Positions 46,507-57,436 are shown, counted from the first letter of the stretch. The stretch: 64,000 nucleotides of DNA from an uncultured delta proteobacterium (GCA_963789395.1 CAWBKP010000004.1:74503-138502); one strand, 5' to 3'. A program made the numbers and translations. Notes: generated by a model not told the origin, from the letters alone.

Positions 46507-46737
46507 GTGAACGACATCATTCCCATTGAAAACATAACTGACTTAATCTATCAGATTCGCGGGAAAAAGGTAATGCTGGATCGCGATCTGGCCCAATTTT
46601 ACGGCGTCGAAACAAAGGTTTTCAAGCAAGCCGTTAGAAGAAATATCGAACGATTTACGGAAGATTTTATGTTCGAGCTCTCCAAATCTGAGTTTATAAA
46701 TTGGAGGTCACAGTTTGTGACCTCCAGCCGTTTATGA
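46507..46737 (+). pseudogene. ORF6N-domain DNA-binding protein fragment
   Basis: [36 protein letters not shown]. Confidence 0.75.
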
Positions 46738-46781
46738 ACTTCAGTTCGGTAAAGATTTGAGTTTTGGGTTCGGGTTGATAA

Positions 46782-47312
46782 TCAAAGACCGGATTGATGC
46801 ACTGAATGATCTGCCCCATCCATCGCTGCTTTGAGTGATCGAAGTGGCAGAAACAGTATGAGAGGGCGTTCCAGAAGAGCGATGAATCCGAACTGTTCGT
46901 AGTATTCACGAGCAATCTGATTTTTTGCATCAACAAAAATACCAATAATACCGATATTCTCGGCAACCGACAGGGTGCGCTTCATGGCTTCAGCCATCAT
47001 GATCGTTCCCATGCCTTGACGCTGCTGGTCGATCGAAACCGCCATGCGGGCCAGTTTGGCTGCCGGAGCTTTAGTGGGGTACTTTCCGGCGTAACCGGCA
47101 GGCAGATTACGGGTCACCACTTCGCACCCTGCCAGGGTGAAAAAGCCGTGAATCTTTGTCGGCGCATCGGTATCAATCAGGACAAACGTTCTGGAAATGC
47201 CTTTTTCTATATGCTGGAGAGCGGTCTTCTGTAGATAGTCATTCAGTGCCGGTTGGCCGCAGTCGAAACTTTTTCGATCGTGCAGACGGGAGAGCGGCTC
47301 AGCTCGTAGCAT
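46782..47312 (-). CDS. GNAT acetyltransferase toxin (AtaT/TacT-like)
   Basis: FDCGQPALNDYL, LARMAV..QRQGMG and VDAKN..YYEQFGF. Confidence 0.88.
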   Translation of the reverse strand: MLRAEPLSRLHDRKSFDCGQPALNDYLQKTALQHIEKGISRTFVLIDTDAPTKIHGFFTLAGCEVVTRNLPAGYAGKYPTKAPAAKLARMAVSIDQQRQGMGTIMMAEAMKRTLSVAENIGIIGIFVDAKNQIAREYYEQFGFIALLERPLILFLPLRSLKAAMDGADHSVHQSGL

Positions 47313-47579
47313 TTACAGGCGTTCCTTATGTGTACGAAAAGCGGTTTTCAGCTTTTCATTCGGGGCCGGCGGATTTTCAATGACGTCGAAAAACCTTTTT
47401 GCGGTTTCGCCCGTCAGATAAATAACGCTTTCTTCTTCGATCACGGTTTTAGCACGCTCCAGCGCGGATTGTACCAGAAATTGGTTTACCGTAGAGCCCA
47501 CCAGAACGGCTGCCCGTTGAAGGGTATGATATACTTTCTCTGATACGCGTGCTGAAATACGCTCAGTTTTGGTTGTCAT
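47313..47579 (-). CDS. DUF1778 RHH antitoxin
   Basis: ERISARV..LQRAA..NPPAPNEKL. Confidence 0.88.
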   Translation of the reverse strand: MTTKTERISARVSEKVYHTLQRAAVLVGSTVNQFLVQSALERAKTVIEEESVIYLTGETAKRFFDVIENPPAPNEKLKTAFRTHKERL

Positions 47580-47758
47580 AATGAACCTCCATACAAATTT
47601 TTGAGTTTATAATCAAATTAACATGCTGTCGCCAAAATGGCAACCATTTAAGATCGTCCCCATCCCCCGCACGATATTGCCCTTGATTATGGCTATCAGT
47701 ATGGCTATAAGTATGTGCTTGGTCTGAAGCGACAGTTTGTGCATAAAAAGGAAAACTC

Positions 47759-48040
47759 ATGGAAGATCAATATACCATCGCCGAGGCAAAAAACAGACTT
47801 CCGTCGATTATTCATTCGGTTGAAAATGGTCCGCCAGTCAAATTGACCCGTCGAGGTCGTCCTGTGGCGGTTCTTTTATCCATTGCGGAATATGAGCGTT
47901 TGCATGGGCAAAAAGGAAATTTCTGGGCATCATTACAATTGTTTAGAAAAAATATTGAAAACCAGGATTTTGAAATTTCAGACATGGATTTCACCGGGCT
48001 CAGGGACAAAATGCCAGGGCGTGAATTTAGTTTATCATAA
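47759..48040 (+). CDS. Phd/YefM antitoxin (orphan; partner ends after a few codons)
   Basis: IAEAKNRL..LTRRGRPVAVL. Confidence 0.85.
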   Translation: MEDQYTIAEAKNRLPSIIHSVENGPPVKLTRRGRPVAVLLSIAEYERLHGQKGNFWASLQLFRKNIENQDFEISDMDFTGLRDKMPGREFSLS

Positions 48041-48363
48041 TGAAATTCCTTAAAAGACTGTCATAGAATTTTTAGAAGCTCATTTTTGCTCCGAAAATGC
48101 GTTTCCATCGGCAGCCTGATCAAAGCTCATTCCACCGCACGCCTATCGCTCCTGACCTTTTCCCGACCGGATATTCCGGCCTTCATAAAATTCGGGTTGC
48201 TGCCTGGCGTGATGATCGGAAATATGGAGGGAGTCGGCTTTTATCAATGGATTGATTGAAAAAAATCGATTTTATTTTTTTATCTCCTGAACCCTATTGA
48301 TTAATTCCGAATTCAGGCCTATATTAAATACCAAATTCATCCCACAATCCGAGCGAGGCCACA

Positions 48364-48645
48364 ATGAAACCGCTACGTATCTCTGAAGACATTATCACTC
48401 TTTCAGACTTTAAGAATCATGCCTCAAATGTCCTGTCCCGAATACAATCCTCGAAACGGCCCATTGTTATTACACAGAACGGGAAAGCCACAGCCGTATT
48501 GATGACTCCCGCCGAATATGATCAATTATCTGAGCAATCCCGTTTTGTTTCTGCTGTTAACCAGGGCCTGGATGATGTAAACAACGACCGGATTTACACT
48601 GAAGAAGAAATGGACAAGGTGCTTGATGAAGCTTTTTTGGGCTGA
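48364..48645 (+). CDS. Phd/YefM antitoxin
   Basis: LSDFK..PIVITQNGKATAVL. Confidence 0.85.
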   Translation: MKPLRISEDIITLSDFKNHASNVLSRIQSSKRPIVITQNGKATAVLMTPAEYDQLSEQSRFVSAVNQGLDDVNNDRIYTEEEMDKVLDEAFLG

Positions 48646-48910
48646 TACCGCAAAGCGTGACCTGGTATCCATCTTCGCCTTTATTGCTGCTGACAATCTG
48701 GCAGCGGCAATAAACCTGGTCAACCGTATCAGAGAACGGGCCAGAAATGCGATTCTCGCGCCATTGGCGGGCCGAAAAGTTCCTGAGCTTCACCGCGCTG
48801 ATATTCGAGAATTAATTGAGGGCAACTATCGTATTGTTTATCAGGTGTTTCCGGACCGGCTGGTTATACTAACTGTTTTTGAAGGCCATCGCCTTTTGCT
48901 TTACCCATAG
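48623..48910 (+). CDS. RelE/ParE toxin
   Basis: AKRDL..GRKVPE..IRELIEGNYRIVY. Confidence 0.85.
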   Translation: MMKLFWADTAKRDLVSIFAFIAADNLAAAINLVNRIRERARNAILAPLAGRKVPELHRADIRELIEGNYRIVYQVFPDRLVILTVFEGHRLLLYP

Positions 48911-49045
48911 CCCCTCGCCCCTGGCCTTATTTTTTCCCATAGCCCATAGCCGATAGCCTCTGGCCTATCGCCCCTTGCCCATTATCCCAATATCTGATAC
49001 ATTAAAATTTCATCTGAACATACGTGAAAGAGGCATTTCAACAAC

Positions 49046-49471
49046 ATGATCAACGGTGTGATCGCTCAAAAACTTCAACATCTCGATACCATATTAACCG
49101 AGCTGCGGTCACTGGGGTGCCTGACGGTTCAGGATCTGGAAATGGACTGGCGCACCAAAAGGGCTGTGGAACGAAGCCTGCAAATCCTGGTGGAAATTGT
49201 GATTGACGTTTGTCAAAGAATTCTTTCACGGTTGGGGCAAACGCCGGCAACAACCGGCAGGGATGCTGTGGATCGGATGAACGCATTGGGGATTCTGGGA
49301 CAACGGGATGCCTATTCCAAAATGGTTCAATTTCGAAATTTTGTTGTGCACCGGTATGAACAGGTGGATAATGCGATCCTGATGGATATGGTGAATCGCC
49401 GGTTGGTGGATTTCGAATCTTTTCGCAATGAAATTCTTGCATATCTCAAACGGACACGCCATGAAGATTGA
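49046..49471 (+). CDS. HepT/DUF86 RNase toxin
   Basis: AVERSLQ; RNFVVH (Rx4H) motif. Confidence 0.85.
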   Translation: MINGVIAQKLQHLDTILTELRSLGCLTVQDLEMDWRTKRAVERSLQILVEIVIDVCQRILSRLGQTPATTGRDAVDRMNALGILGQRDAYSKMVQFRNFVVHRYEQVDNAILMDMVNRRLVDFESFRNEILAYLKRTRHED

Positions 49472-49832
49472 CTGGAAATCCATACCGGCATGTATGTTCA
49501 GGGATAGCAATGTGGTGGCGGCCTGGATTTTTGGTTCGGCTCAGGGCGGAACCGTCCGTTCCGGAGGAGACATCGATATCGGGGTGTTTTTTTGCATGAA
49601 ACCTTCTCTGGACGAACTGGCCGGTCTTCGGAGCTGTCTGCAACAGGTATTGGCATTTGATGAAATCGATCTGGTCGTACTGAATGATGCATCCCCCATT
49701 CTGCGTTTTGAGGCCGCCTCCGGCCGGCCGGTGTATGTGAATGATTTGGAACGCCGGGCTGCATTTGTCTCGCTGACGGCACGCGAATATGAAGATGAAA
49801 TGGCACAGTGGCGCATGGCCCTAACGGCATGA
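49461..49832 (+). CDS. MntA antitoxin
   Basis: IFGSAQ..GDIDIGV. Confidence 0.85.
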   Translation: MKIDWKSIPACMFRDSNVVAAWIFGSAQGGTVRSGGDIDIGVFFCMKPSLDELAGLRSCLQQVLAFDEIDLVVLNDASPILRFEAASGRPVYVNDLERRAAFVSLTAREYEDEMAQWRMALTA

Positions 49833-50059
49833 GAACAGGTGCGAGCCTTTCAACGGGCGGGATGGCAATTGAAGATTTCCTTGCCTGCATCTAAATTATC
49901 CCCCTCGCCCATTCCTATTTTATCTTGACACATACATCGCTCAGGTTGTTAAATAAACAAATGATAATTTAAACATCAAGTGGGCAAGACGGACAAGGAA
50001 ACCTCATCAAACACCCCTGCTTTGATGAAATGCGAAACCATCACACCGGCTGTCGGATC

Positions 50060-50560
50060 ACCGTATGAACGCCACTGATCATGCCAGGCAACTGATGCAG
50101 ATGGCCAAAAAGGACATCAGAGCCTTGCAGCCAATGATGCCGGTTCTTTTATGTCAATATGCTTTTGTCTTTAAAAACGTGAGAAAAATTTACGTTTTTT
50201 GATGTTTATGAAATCACCGCAAGCCCCTGAGTTAATTTGCATAATCCTTCATAAATGAGTTCATATGCTTTTTCGATTTGAGAGGGTTGATCGGCGATTT
50301 TCAGAACCTGATTTTTCATGGGCCTTCATTTTGTTCATTTCATAGCGGATTTGTGCAGGATTTCGGAAGTGATCGGGAAGGTTTTTTAACAGATCAGCAG
50401 TTCTAAAGCCGTATGCCTGATATTTGGGTTTGATCAGCTCTTCCGCCAATGCCTTTTGACGGGTTTTCCTGAAATCCGAGCCTGTGGAACTTATCCAGGA
50501 GCCGTTCAAAGAGGCTGGTGCAAAAACGGGCAGATTTGAAAACGATATTGGAGGAGACTT
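50060..50560. pseudogene. Remnants: HEPN-like N-terminus (+) and transposase-like fragment (-)
   Basis: MNATDHARQLMQMAKKD; LIKPKYQAYGFRTADLL..QIRYEM. Confidence 0.35.
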
Positions 50561-51044
50561 CTATTTGGGCCAGATACCAGTCATGGTGTAAAAACTTTGA
50601 GCTGGTGGAGTATATTCCCTCCGCTTAGCCCCTTGTTTTTAACCTTTTATGAACTTCAGTTCGGTAAATATCGTCATGTCGGGACGGATGGTATCGGCTG
50701 GAGAAATGCCGGTCAGGCCGCATTGGATGTCCGAGGCGCAATTTAAAGACCTGTCGGACGCTCGGCAGTTTCCCTATCTGCCCCGGACCCGGCTGTGGCG
50801 ATCCGCGTCCAGCCCGCGGGCAATGGGGCGGCGGAAGTTACAGAGCGCGGGTTGTTGGCGGGTCCGTGGCGGAGGATTTGTTTGAGAAGGGGCCGTGCCT
50901 GCCGAGCGGAACGGCCATGACGGAAGCGGATCTGGACCGGGTGGTGGCTGTTCTTCTGAAGTGCCGAAAAGGCATATGATTCTCGTTATGAGCAGCGGCA
51001 GGGGATGCGACGATGCCGGAGTTTATGGGTTAGTGGAGGGAATC

Positions 51045-51314
51045 TCATTCGAACAACTCTGCATGTGTGCCCAGCCGTGTCGGTCTCAGCTCACATTCAG
51101 TACAGGCGTAGATGAGCAGTAAGTCTGATTCGATATGACATTCCCGAAAATCGCGCCATTTCCCCTTGAGTTTGTGATCTCTGAAATCAGGAGACAATGG
51201 ATCAAGAGCTGCAAGCGCCTCCAGGGCAAGTTTTAGCCTTTCAAGATTGCGGCCCTGTTTGATGGCATGTTTCAGATCTTTTTTAAAACGGGATGTCGGC
51301 CGAATGATCAGCAT
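51045..51314 (-). CDS. yafQ: YafQ toxin
   Basis: FKKDLK..RDHKLKG..RECHI..DLLLIY..RLGTHAELF. Confidence 0.9.
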   Translation of the reverse strand: MLIIRPTSRFKKDLKHAIKQGRNLERLKLALEALAALDPLSPDFRDHKLKGKWRDFRECHIESDLLLIYACTECELRPTRLGTHAELFE

Positions 51315-51571
51315 CAGATTCCGCAATCCTGAAACAATGACGCCACACTTTCGTATCTCTTGCCTTTTCCTTTTCGAGCATCCTGCATGGCCTGTATGGT
51401 TTCTTTGGTGGGAATACGATCGTCAAAAGGAAGTCCGTGGTAAGCAATAATCTGCCGATAGAACAGTTCATAAGCGGAAGGGAGTGGAATTCCAACTTCC
51501 CTGAGAATCGCTTCTGCTTTTTCTTTGAATTCCGATGTCTGCCGGGAATGTATCATAGCACTTTTCGTCAT
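51314..51571 (-). CDS. dinJ: RelB/DinJ antitoxin
   Basis: KEKAEAIL..GLPFD..PTKETIQAM. Confidence 0.8.
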   Translation of the reverse strand: MTKSAMIHSRQTSEFKEKAEAILREVGIPLPSAYELFYRQIIAYHGLPFDDRIPTKETIQAMQDARKGKGKRYESVASLFQDCGI

Positions 51572-51764
51572 TGTACCTGTCTCCCATGAATTGTTTATGC
51601 ATACGGGTAATGATATGATTTCCCGGCTGTGTTGTCAATATTGGCATTTGAACAGACAGGAAAGAAGAATCTCACACGAGGCTCAAAGAAAAGCTACGCA
51701 TATTTGCGGCTTTTGGGAAGCTAAAGAGAGGAACAATGATAAAACGGATTGCGATTTACGGCGC

Positions 51765-51921
51765 CGGCGGAAGTTACAGAGCGCGGGTTGTTGGCGGGTC
51801 CGTGGCGGAGGATTTGTTTGAGAAGGGGCCGTGCCTGCCGAGTGGAACGGCGATGTCCAACGCTGATCTGGATCGGGTGGTTGAGGTTATCTTTAAATGC
51901 CGTGAGGGTGTTAAAGTGTGA
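51765..51921 (+). pseudogene. DegT/DnrJ sugar aminotransferase 3' fragment (second copy at ~50830-50960)
   Basis: VVGGSVAEDLF..CLPSGTAM..DLDRV. Confidence 0.65.
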
Positions 51922-52022
51922 AGGCGTTCTTGTTTTGAAAATTTTGAAGCGACTGATGTTACGAAAAGGACTCCGTCGTTCATATCCCGGAAGAACGGGC
52001 CGCCACGACCTTCGAGAACGCA

Positions 52023-52358
52023 TTGTACACCTCACGTATCATCGAGGCATATCGCTATAAAAGCGTCATCCTGGTGACATCGGACTACCACATGCCAAGA
52101 AGCCTGGCGCTGCTGCAACTGTTTCTGGCGGGAAAGAACGTGCGGGTCCATCTTCATCGGGTGCGAGCCGCCGCTGCGGCGGCCAAGCCACTATTGCTGA
52201 AGCTGGTTTATAACGAGATGGTGGAGTTCTGGGGGAGCCTGTTTGAATATGTCTCGTATCAGGTACGGGGAGAGCCGGCCGTAAAGCCGGTGAAAAAGAG
52301 TGCGCTTGCGGTTTATTTAAGATCGCTGGTGCTTCTGGATGTCAAGCCGTCGTGGTAG
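52023..52358 (+). pseudogene. DUF218/YdcF (ElyC-like) 3' fragment
   Basis: ILVTSDYHMPRS. Confidence 0.65.
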
Positions 52359-52769
52359 GTAACAGCGTGAGGGCGTGAGGGCGCCAGAGCGGGAGGGCGG
52401 GAAGGGTTATGTAAGATGATCCGCGAGGGTTTCTTGCGAGGTTTCCCGACGGCGCCGTTCTTGACGAGGTGTAGCGATGCCCCGAAATCCTGTCGTATCT
52501 TACTGCTGGATCTTTCCTCTTTTTGTTAAGGTTGATTTTAAGATCCTTTGTGTATGCTGAATCGCAGCTTAGATTGCTGCTCGATACGCATATCCTCCTG
52601 CGGGCGGCCGGGCAGCCTGAAAAACTTTCCGAATCAACCCGCATCCTTTACTTATGTTTTGATGTACGTCCCCATCCCCTGTACGATATTGCCCTTGATT
52701 ATGGCTATCAGTATGGCTATGATAGGGGCGTGGTCTGAAGCGACAGTTTGTGCATAAAAAGGAAAACGC

Positions 52770-53051
52770 ATGGAAGATCAGTATACCATTGCCGAGGCAA
52801 AAAACAGACTTCCGTCGATTATTCATTCGGTTGAAAATGGTCCGTCAGTCAAATTGACCCGTCGAGGTCGTCCTGTGGCGGTTCTTTTATCCATTGCGGA
52901 ATATGAGCGTTTGCATGAGCAAAAAGGAAATTTCTGGGCATCATTACAATTGTTTAGAAAAAATATTGAAACCCAGGATTTTGAAATTTCAGACATGGAT
53001 TTCACCAAGCTCAGGGACAAAATGCCAGGGCGTGAATTTAGTATATCATAA
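52770..53051 (+). CDS. Phd/YefM antitoxin, second orphan copy
   Basis: Near-identical to 47759..48040. Confidence 0.85.
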   Translation: MEDQYTIAEAKNRLPSIIHSVENGPSVKLTRRGRPVAVLLSIAEYERLHEQKGNFWASLQLFRKNIETQDFEISDMDFTKLRDKMPGREFSIS

Positions 53052-53139
53052 TGAAATTCCTTAAAAGACTGTCATAGAATTTTTAGAAGCTCATTTTTGC
53101 TCCGAAAATGCGTTTCCAAATGGTAAAAAGAGATTCTAT

Positions 53140-53260
53140 CAGTAGATATGCTGACCCCGCAGGGAATCGAGGAAGAACTGCACCTGATGGTGCAGTTCTT
53201 ACGGCGCATGGAAAGCGAATACCGGATGCTGGAGAAGGAAATCGCCCGGGTTCTGCAGGA
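53140..53260 (+). pseudogene. EPS-associated MarR regulator 3' fragment
   Basis: YMLTPQGIEE..QFLRRMESEYRML. Confidence 0.5.
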
Positions 53261-53697
53261 GTCCGGCCCGCACGAAACTTTGCAGCACTCCCGATCCGTG
53301 CAGCGGTGCGCCCCTTCGTCTTTTATTTTCTTTTTAAATAAAGAACTCAAGAGAATCTGACACTCGCCGATAGCACATACAAGCAGATTCTTGCGCGGGC
53401 TTGACCGGGTGGAGATTCCCGATCAGGAAATTGTCTGGACATCCGTGCAGTACCCCGATTCTGTTGATGTGTTCCGCACCTATGACCTTTCCCCGGAAGC
53501 GCTTGCCATCGCTGAAAAAATCAGGCTGGCGGGAACCCGAGCGCTGAATCCGATTCTCATTTATGAATGATCGGGCACATATAACCTATCGCCCATAGCC
53601 TCTTTTGCTTCTTGCCGCATCTACCATGAAAAAATACCTGCTTGACCAGCCACCCAATTTGTTATAACTTATATTATAATAAAGGAGGGGCTAACCC

Positions 53698-53922
53698 ATG
53701 CGTGCCAAAGTTACACAAATAGGTAATTCAACAGGCTTGATCTTGCCGAAAGAAGTCGCCGCACGTCTCAAGGTGAAGAAGGGCGACAGCGTTTTTCTAA
53801 CGGAAACGGCTGATGGTTATACCGTTACACCCTATGATCCGGAATTCGAAGCCCAAATGACGGTTGCCATAAAAGGCATGACGAAATACCGCAATGCCTT
53901 GCATGAGCTTGCAAAGAAATGA
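53698..53922 (+). CDS. AbrB-type Doc partner antitoxin
   Basis: IGNSTGLILPKE..TPYDPEF..YRNALHELAK. Confidence 0.85.
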   Translation: MRAKVTQIGNSTGLILPKEVAARLKVKKGDSVFLTETADGYTVTPYDPEFEAQMTVAIKGMTKYRNALHELAKK

Positions 53923-54320
53923 CTTGGCGCTGGCTCAAGGAGGGCGTGGTTATTGCTGTACACGATGAACAGGTTGCGGAACACGGCGGAAGTCAGGGCA
54001 TCCGTGACGCCGGCCTGTTATCTTCAGCGCTTGCGCGGCCGCAACAGAAAGCGACATATGGTGAGCCGTCTGTTTTTGATTTGTCCGCCGCTTATGCTTT
54101 CGGTATTATCCGGAATCATCCATTTGTTGATGGCAACAAGCGCACGGGCTTTCTTGCCGCCTATACCTTCCTTGCCCTGAACGGGTGGGAACTGACGGCT
54201 CCGGAAGTTGAGGCCGCAGCTTTTGTGTTGGCTTTGGCAAAAGGCGAAATGAATGAAAACGAATTTTCCAAATGGCTTGAAGCCAGGTCTGTAAGTTCGG
54301 GTTTTGCCGATAAGCGATGA
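53919..54320 (+). CDS. doc: Death-on-curing (Doc/Fic) toxin
   Basis: HPFVDGNKRT; HGG..GIRD..LLSSALARP. Confidence 0.9.
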   Translation: MTWRWLKEGVVIAVHDEQVAEHGGSQGIRDAGLLSSALARPQQKATYGEPSVFDLSAAYAFGIIRNHPFVDGNKRTGFLAAYTFLALNGWELTAPEVEAAAFVLALAKGEMNENEFSKWLEARSVSSGFADKR

Positions 54321-54489
54321 TCAAAGTAAATAAAAATCCAATGGCAATTCGGCAGCCTGATCAAAGCTCATTCCACCGCACGCCTATCGCTCCTGGCCTT
54401 TTCCCATAACCCATCGCCTTTTTTCATTTATGGATGCGTCAGTGATGTTCTATAATCACCTCAAATTATGTGCTGAAAGAAGACTTTAA

Positions 54490-54816
54490 ATGACTCAGAA
54501 AAGGCAATACATATCGCAGTTGCCGTCATGGCCCAAGTTCCGCTGGGATGATGCGGCTCTTTTGCAACCAGTGGCCAGACGGCTTGGGCTCCGGACGACC
54601 GGGTTGCCGGTGGTCCGGAATCAATTTGCCGATGGTGTTGTTGAAGTTTTGCTGGATGCCACGCAAGACCATGATAAGGAATTGACCGCGGAAAGACTGT
54701 TCGGTTGGCATGCGGCCCTTTTCCCGACCGGATATTCCGGCCTTCATAAAATTCGGGTTGCTGCCTGGCGTGATGATCGGAAATATGGAGGGAGTCGGCT
54801 TTTATCAATGGATTGA
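54490..54816 (+). pseudogene. Fic protein N-terminal (DUF4172-like) remnant
   Basis: WPKFRWD..LTAERLFGWHAALFPTGYSG; no Fic motif. Confidence 0.7.
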
Positions 54817-54924
54817 TTGAAAGGAATCGATTTTATTTTTTTATCCCCTGAACCCTATTGATTAATTCCGAATTCAGGCCTATATTACATACCAAATTCA
54901 TCCCACAATCCGAGCGAGGCCACA

Positions 54925-55471
54925 ATGAAACCGCTACGTATCTCTGAAGACATTATCACTCTTTCAGACTTTAAGAATCATGCCTCAAATGTCCTGTCCC
55001 GAATACAATCCTCGAAACGGCCCATTGTTATTACACAGAACGGGAAAGCCACAGCCGTATTGATGACTCCCGCCGAATATGATCAATTATCTGAGCAATC
55101 CCGTTTTGTTTCTGCTGTTAACCAGGGCCTGGATGATGTAAACAACGACCGGATTTACACTGAAGAAGAAATGGACAAGGTGCTTGATGAAGCTTTTTTG
55201 GGCTGATACCGCAAAGCGTGACCTGGTATCCATCTTCGCCTTTATTGCTGCTGACAATCTGGCAGCGGCAATAAACCTGGTCAACCGTATCAGAGAACGG
55301 GCCAGAAATGCGATTCTCGCGCCATTGGCGGGCCGAAAAGTTCCTGAGCTTCACCGCGCTGATATTCGAGAATTAATTGAGGGCAACTATCGTATTGTTT
55401 ATCAGGTGTTTCCGGACCGGCTGGTTATACTAACTGTTTTTGAAGGCCATCGCCTTTTGCTTTACCCATAG
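54925..55471 (+). CDS. Phd/RelE pair, duplicate of 48364-48910
   Basis: Both proteins identical to the first copy; offset 6561 bp. Confidence 0.88.
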
Positions 55472-55627
55472 CCCCTCGCCCCTGGCCTTTTTCTTTTCCC
55501 ATAGCCTATCGCCCATCGCCTGTTGTTATAGCCCCCCGCCTTTTCCCCTTTTGTTCGGATTTGACATTCCCGCAAAAAAAGTATATATAATATGTGTATA
55601 CATTATGAGAAATGGAGATGAAACATC

Positions 55628-55855
55628 ATGAAGACGGCAAGGGTGTTCAAATCCGGGAATTCGCAGGCAGTCAGACTGCCCAGGGAATTCAACCTGGATG
55701 TGGCAAAAGTACAGGTCTTCTGGAAGGATGGCGATGTGGTCCTGCGGCCTTTGAAAAAAACCTGGCAGGATTATTTTGATCGCGGCCGGAAATTCAGCGA
55801 TGACTTTCCAGAGACAATCGAAGATATGGCGCTGGAGGAAAATGTTCCATGGTGA
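55628..55855 (+). CDS. vapB: VapB antitoxin
   Basis: ARVFKSGNSQAVRLPREF. Confidence 0.88.
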   Translation: MKTARVFKSGNSQAVRLPREFNLDVAKVQVFWKDGDVVLRPLKKTWQDYFDRGRKFSDDFPETIEDMALEENVPW

Positions 55856-56266
55856 TCCGTTATATGCTGGACACCGATGCCTGCATTGCACTTATCAAGA
55901 ACCGGCCGGTATCGATGCGCAGCCGGTTGTCCCTTCTGACTCCGGAGGAAGTCGGGATATCCAGTATTGTTGCTGCTGAGCTCTGGTTCGGTGTTGCCAA
56001 GTCACAGAAGAAAAAAAAGAATGAATCCGCCTTGAAAGATTTTCTGGAATTTGTCACCCTGCTGGATTGGCCTTGCGAGGCATCTCCTCTTTATGGACAG
56101 ATTCGTGCGACAGCTTCAGAAACAGGGAACGCCGATCGGCGCCATGGATCTTCTCATTGCTTCTCATGCCCTGTTTATCGATACGGTACTGGTGACAAAC
56201 AACACAAAGGAATTCGAACGGGTACCTGATCTGAAGATTGAAAACTGGCTTTCCAATACGGCGTAG
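55849..56266 (+). CDS. vapC: VapC toxin (frameshift near 56110)
   Basis: YMLDTDACI..AELWFG; IGAMDLLIASHA..LVTNN. Confidence 0.82.
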
Positions 56267-56462
56267 TTCACAACGCGTTGTCTGAAAGTTTCAGTGAAAA
56301 ATCCAGCTCAATAATTTTACTTCAGACAGTTGCCCTCTGCCCTCTTTTGTTATCTGTTATCAGCTTTTCGGTCTTCCGTCATCCGCCTTACATTACCTCT
56401 TGTCTGAATAATAATTTTTGATCATAATATCTGACAAAATTTATTATTATTGAGGTAAAGAA

Positions 56463-56690
56463 ATGGAACCCGATAGAATTACTGATGAAATAAAAAGGTT
56501 AAGTCTTCCGCAAAGATTGATTCTATCTCAGGACATCTGGGATTCAATTGCTCTGGAAAGCGGCAAATTACCTATGTCGGAGTGGCAGAAAAGTGAACTT
56601 GAAAAAAGATATGACCAGTACAAGCAAGGCAAGTTGGAACTACATGACTGGCGGACAGTTCATGCCGAGTTGCGGGAAAAGTATAAATGA
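56463..56690 (+). CDS. Putative addiction module antitoxin (TIGR02574-like); RelE partner truncated at ~56785
   Basis: LSLPQRL..IWDSI..WQKSELEKR; partial copy at 45623-45725. Confidence 0.8.
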   Translation: MEPDRITDEIKRLSLPQRLILSQDIWDSIALESGKLPMSEWQKSELEKRYDQYKQGKLELHDWRTVHAELREKYK

Positions 56691-57202
56691 GGCTTCGTTA
56701 CACCAGCAGAGCCTTGAACGATCTGGTTATTGCCTTCGAATGGTATGAAGAACAGCGTCGTGGATTAGGCTTTGATTTCCTTCAACTTTCTGACCCCTGG
56801 CGTTTCCCAAACTATCGGCAATCTAATCAATATTTCTAAACATTTCCGTTCTCTGCTTTTCCCCGTCACCCGTCATCTGTCATCCGGGTCCACGCAGACA
56901 GGTTCCGGTAAACCGGGTGCAATGATCGCATCAAACTCGGTTATGGATGGGGGAGTTATTGCCTTGAGGATTACCACATCGTTGTCTCCGACAACGACAA
57001 ACTGCATTCCGGAATGCAGTTTAAGCCGTTTTCGGATTTCCTCAGGGAAGACAACCTGGCCTTTTTTATCCCATAGCCCGCTGTTATCGCCTGTTGTTAT
57101 CGCCTATTGCCTGTTTTTACGTTATCTGATACAAAATAAAACAATCCTGAAGTTGGAGGAAAATAGCTTTTATAAAGAGATTGATTGAAAGGTGTGAAAC
57201 AA

Positions 57203-57436
57203 ATGGAACCTCGAAAAACGCCAATTTCATATAGTGACTATGTAAAAGGAATTCCATTTTTAGCCATAGATGAGCAATTGACCCTCTTGGAAGTCATATC
57301 CGCCAGGGTAAAAAAATCCATCCGAAAAAGAAGAAAAAAAAATACGATTATGGCGCTTGAGGGATTGGGTGCTGATTTATGGAAAGGCATTGATGCGCAG
57401 GATTTTGTACACAAGGAAAGAGCATCATGGGATTAG
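57203..57436 (+). CDS. Putative antitoxin (uncharacterised)
   Basis: LEGLGADLWKGIDAQDFV..ERASWD; overlaps the PIN gene. Confidence 0.65.
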   Translation: MEPRKTPISYSDYVKGIPFLAIDEQLTLLEVISARVKKSIRKRRKKNTIMALEGLGADLWKGIDAQDFVHKERASWD

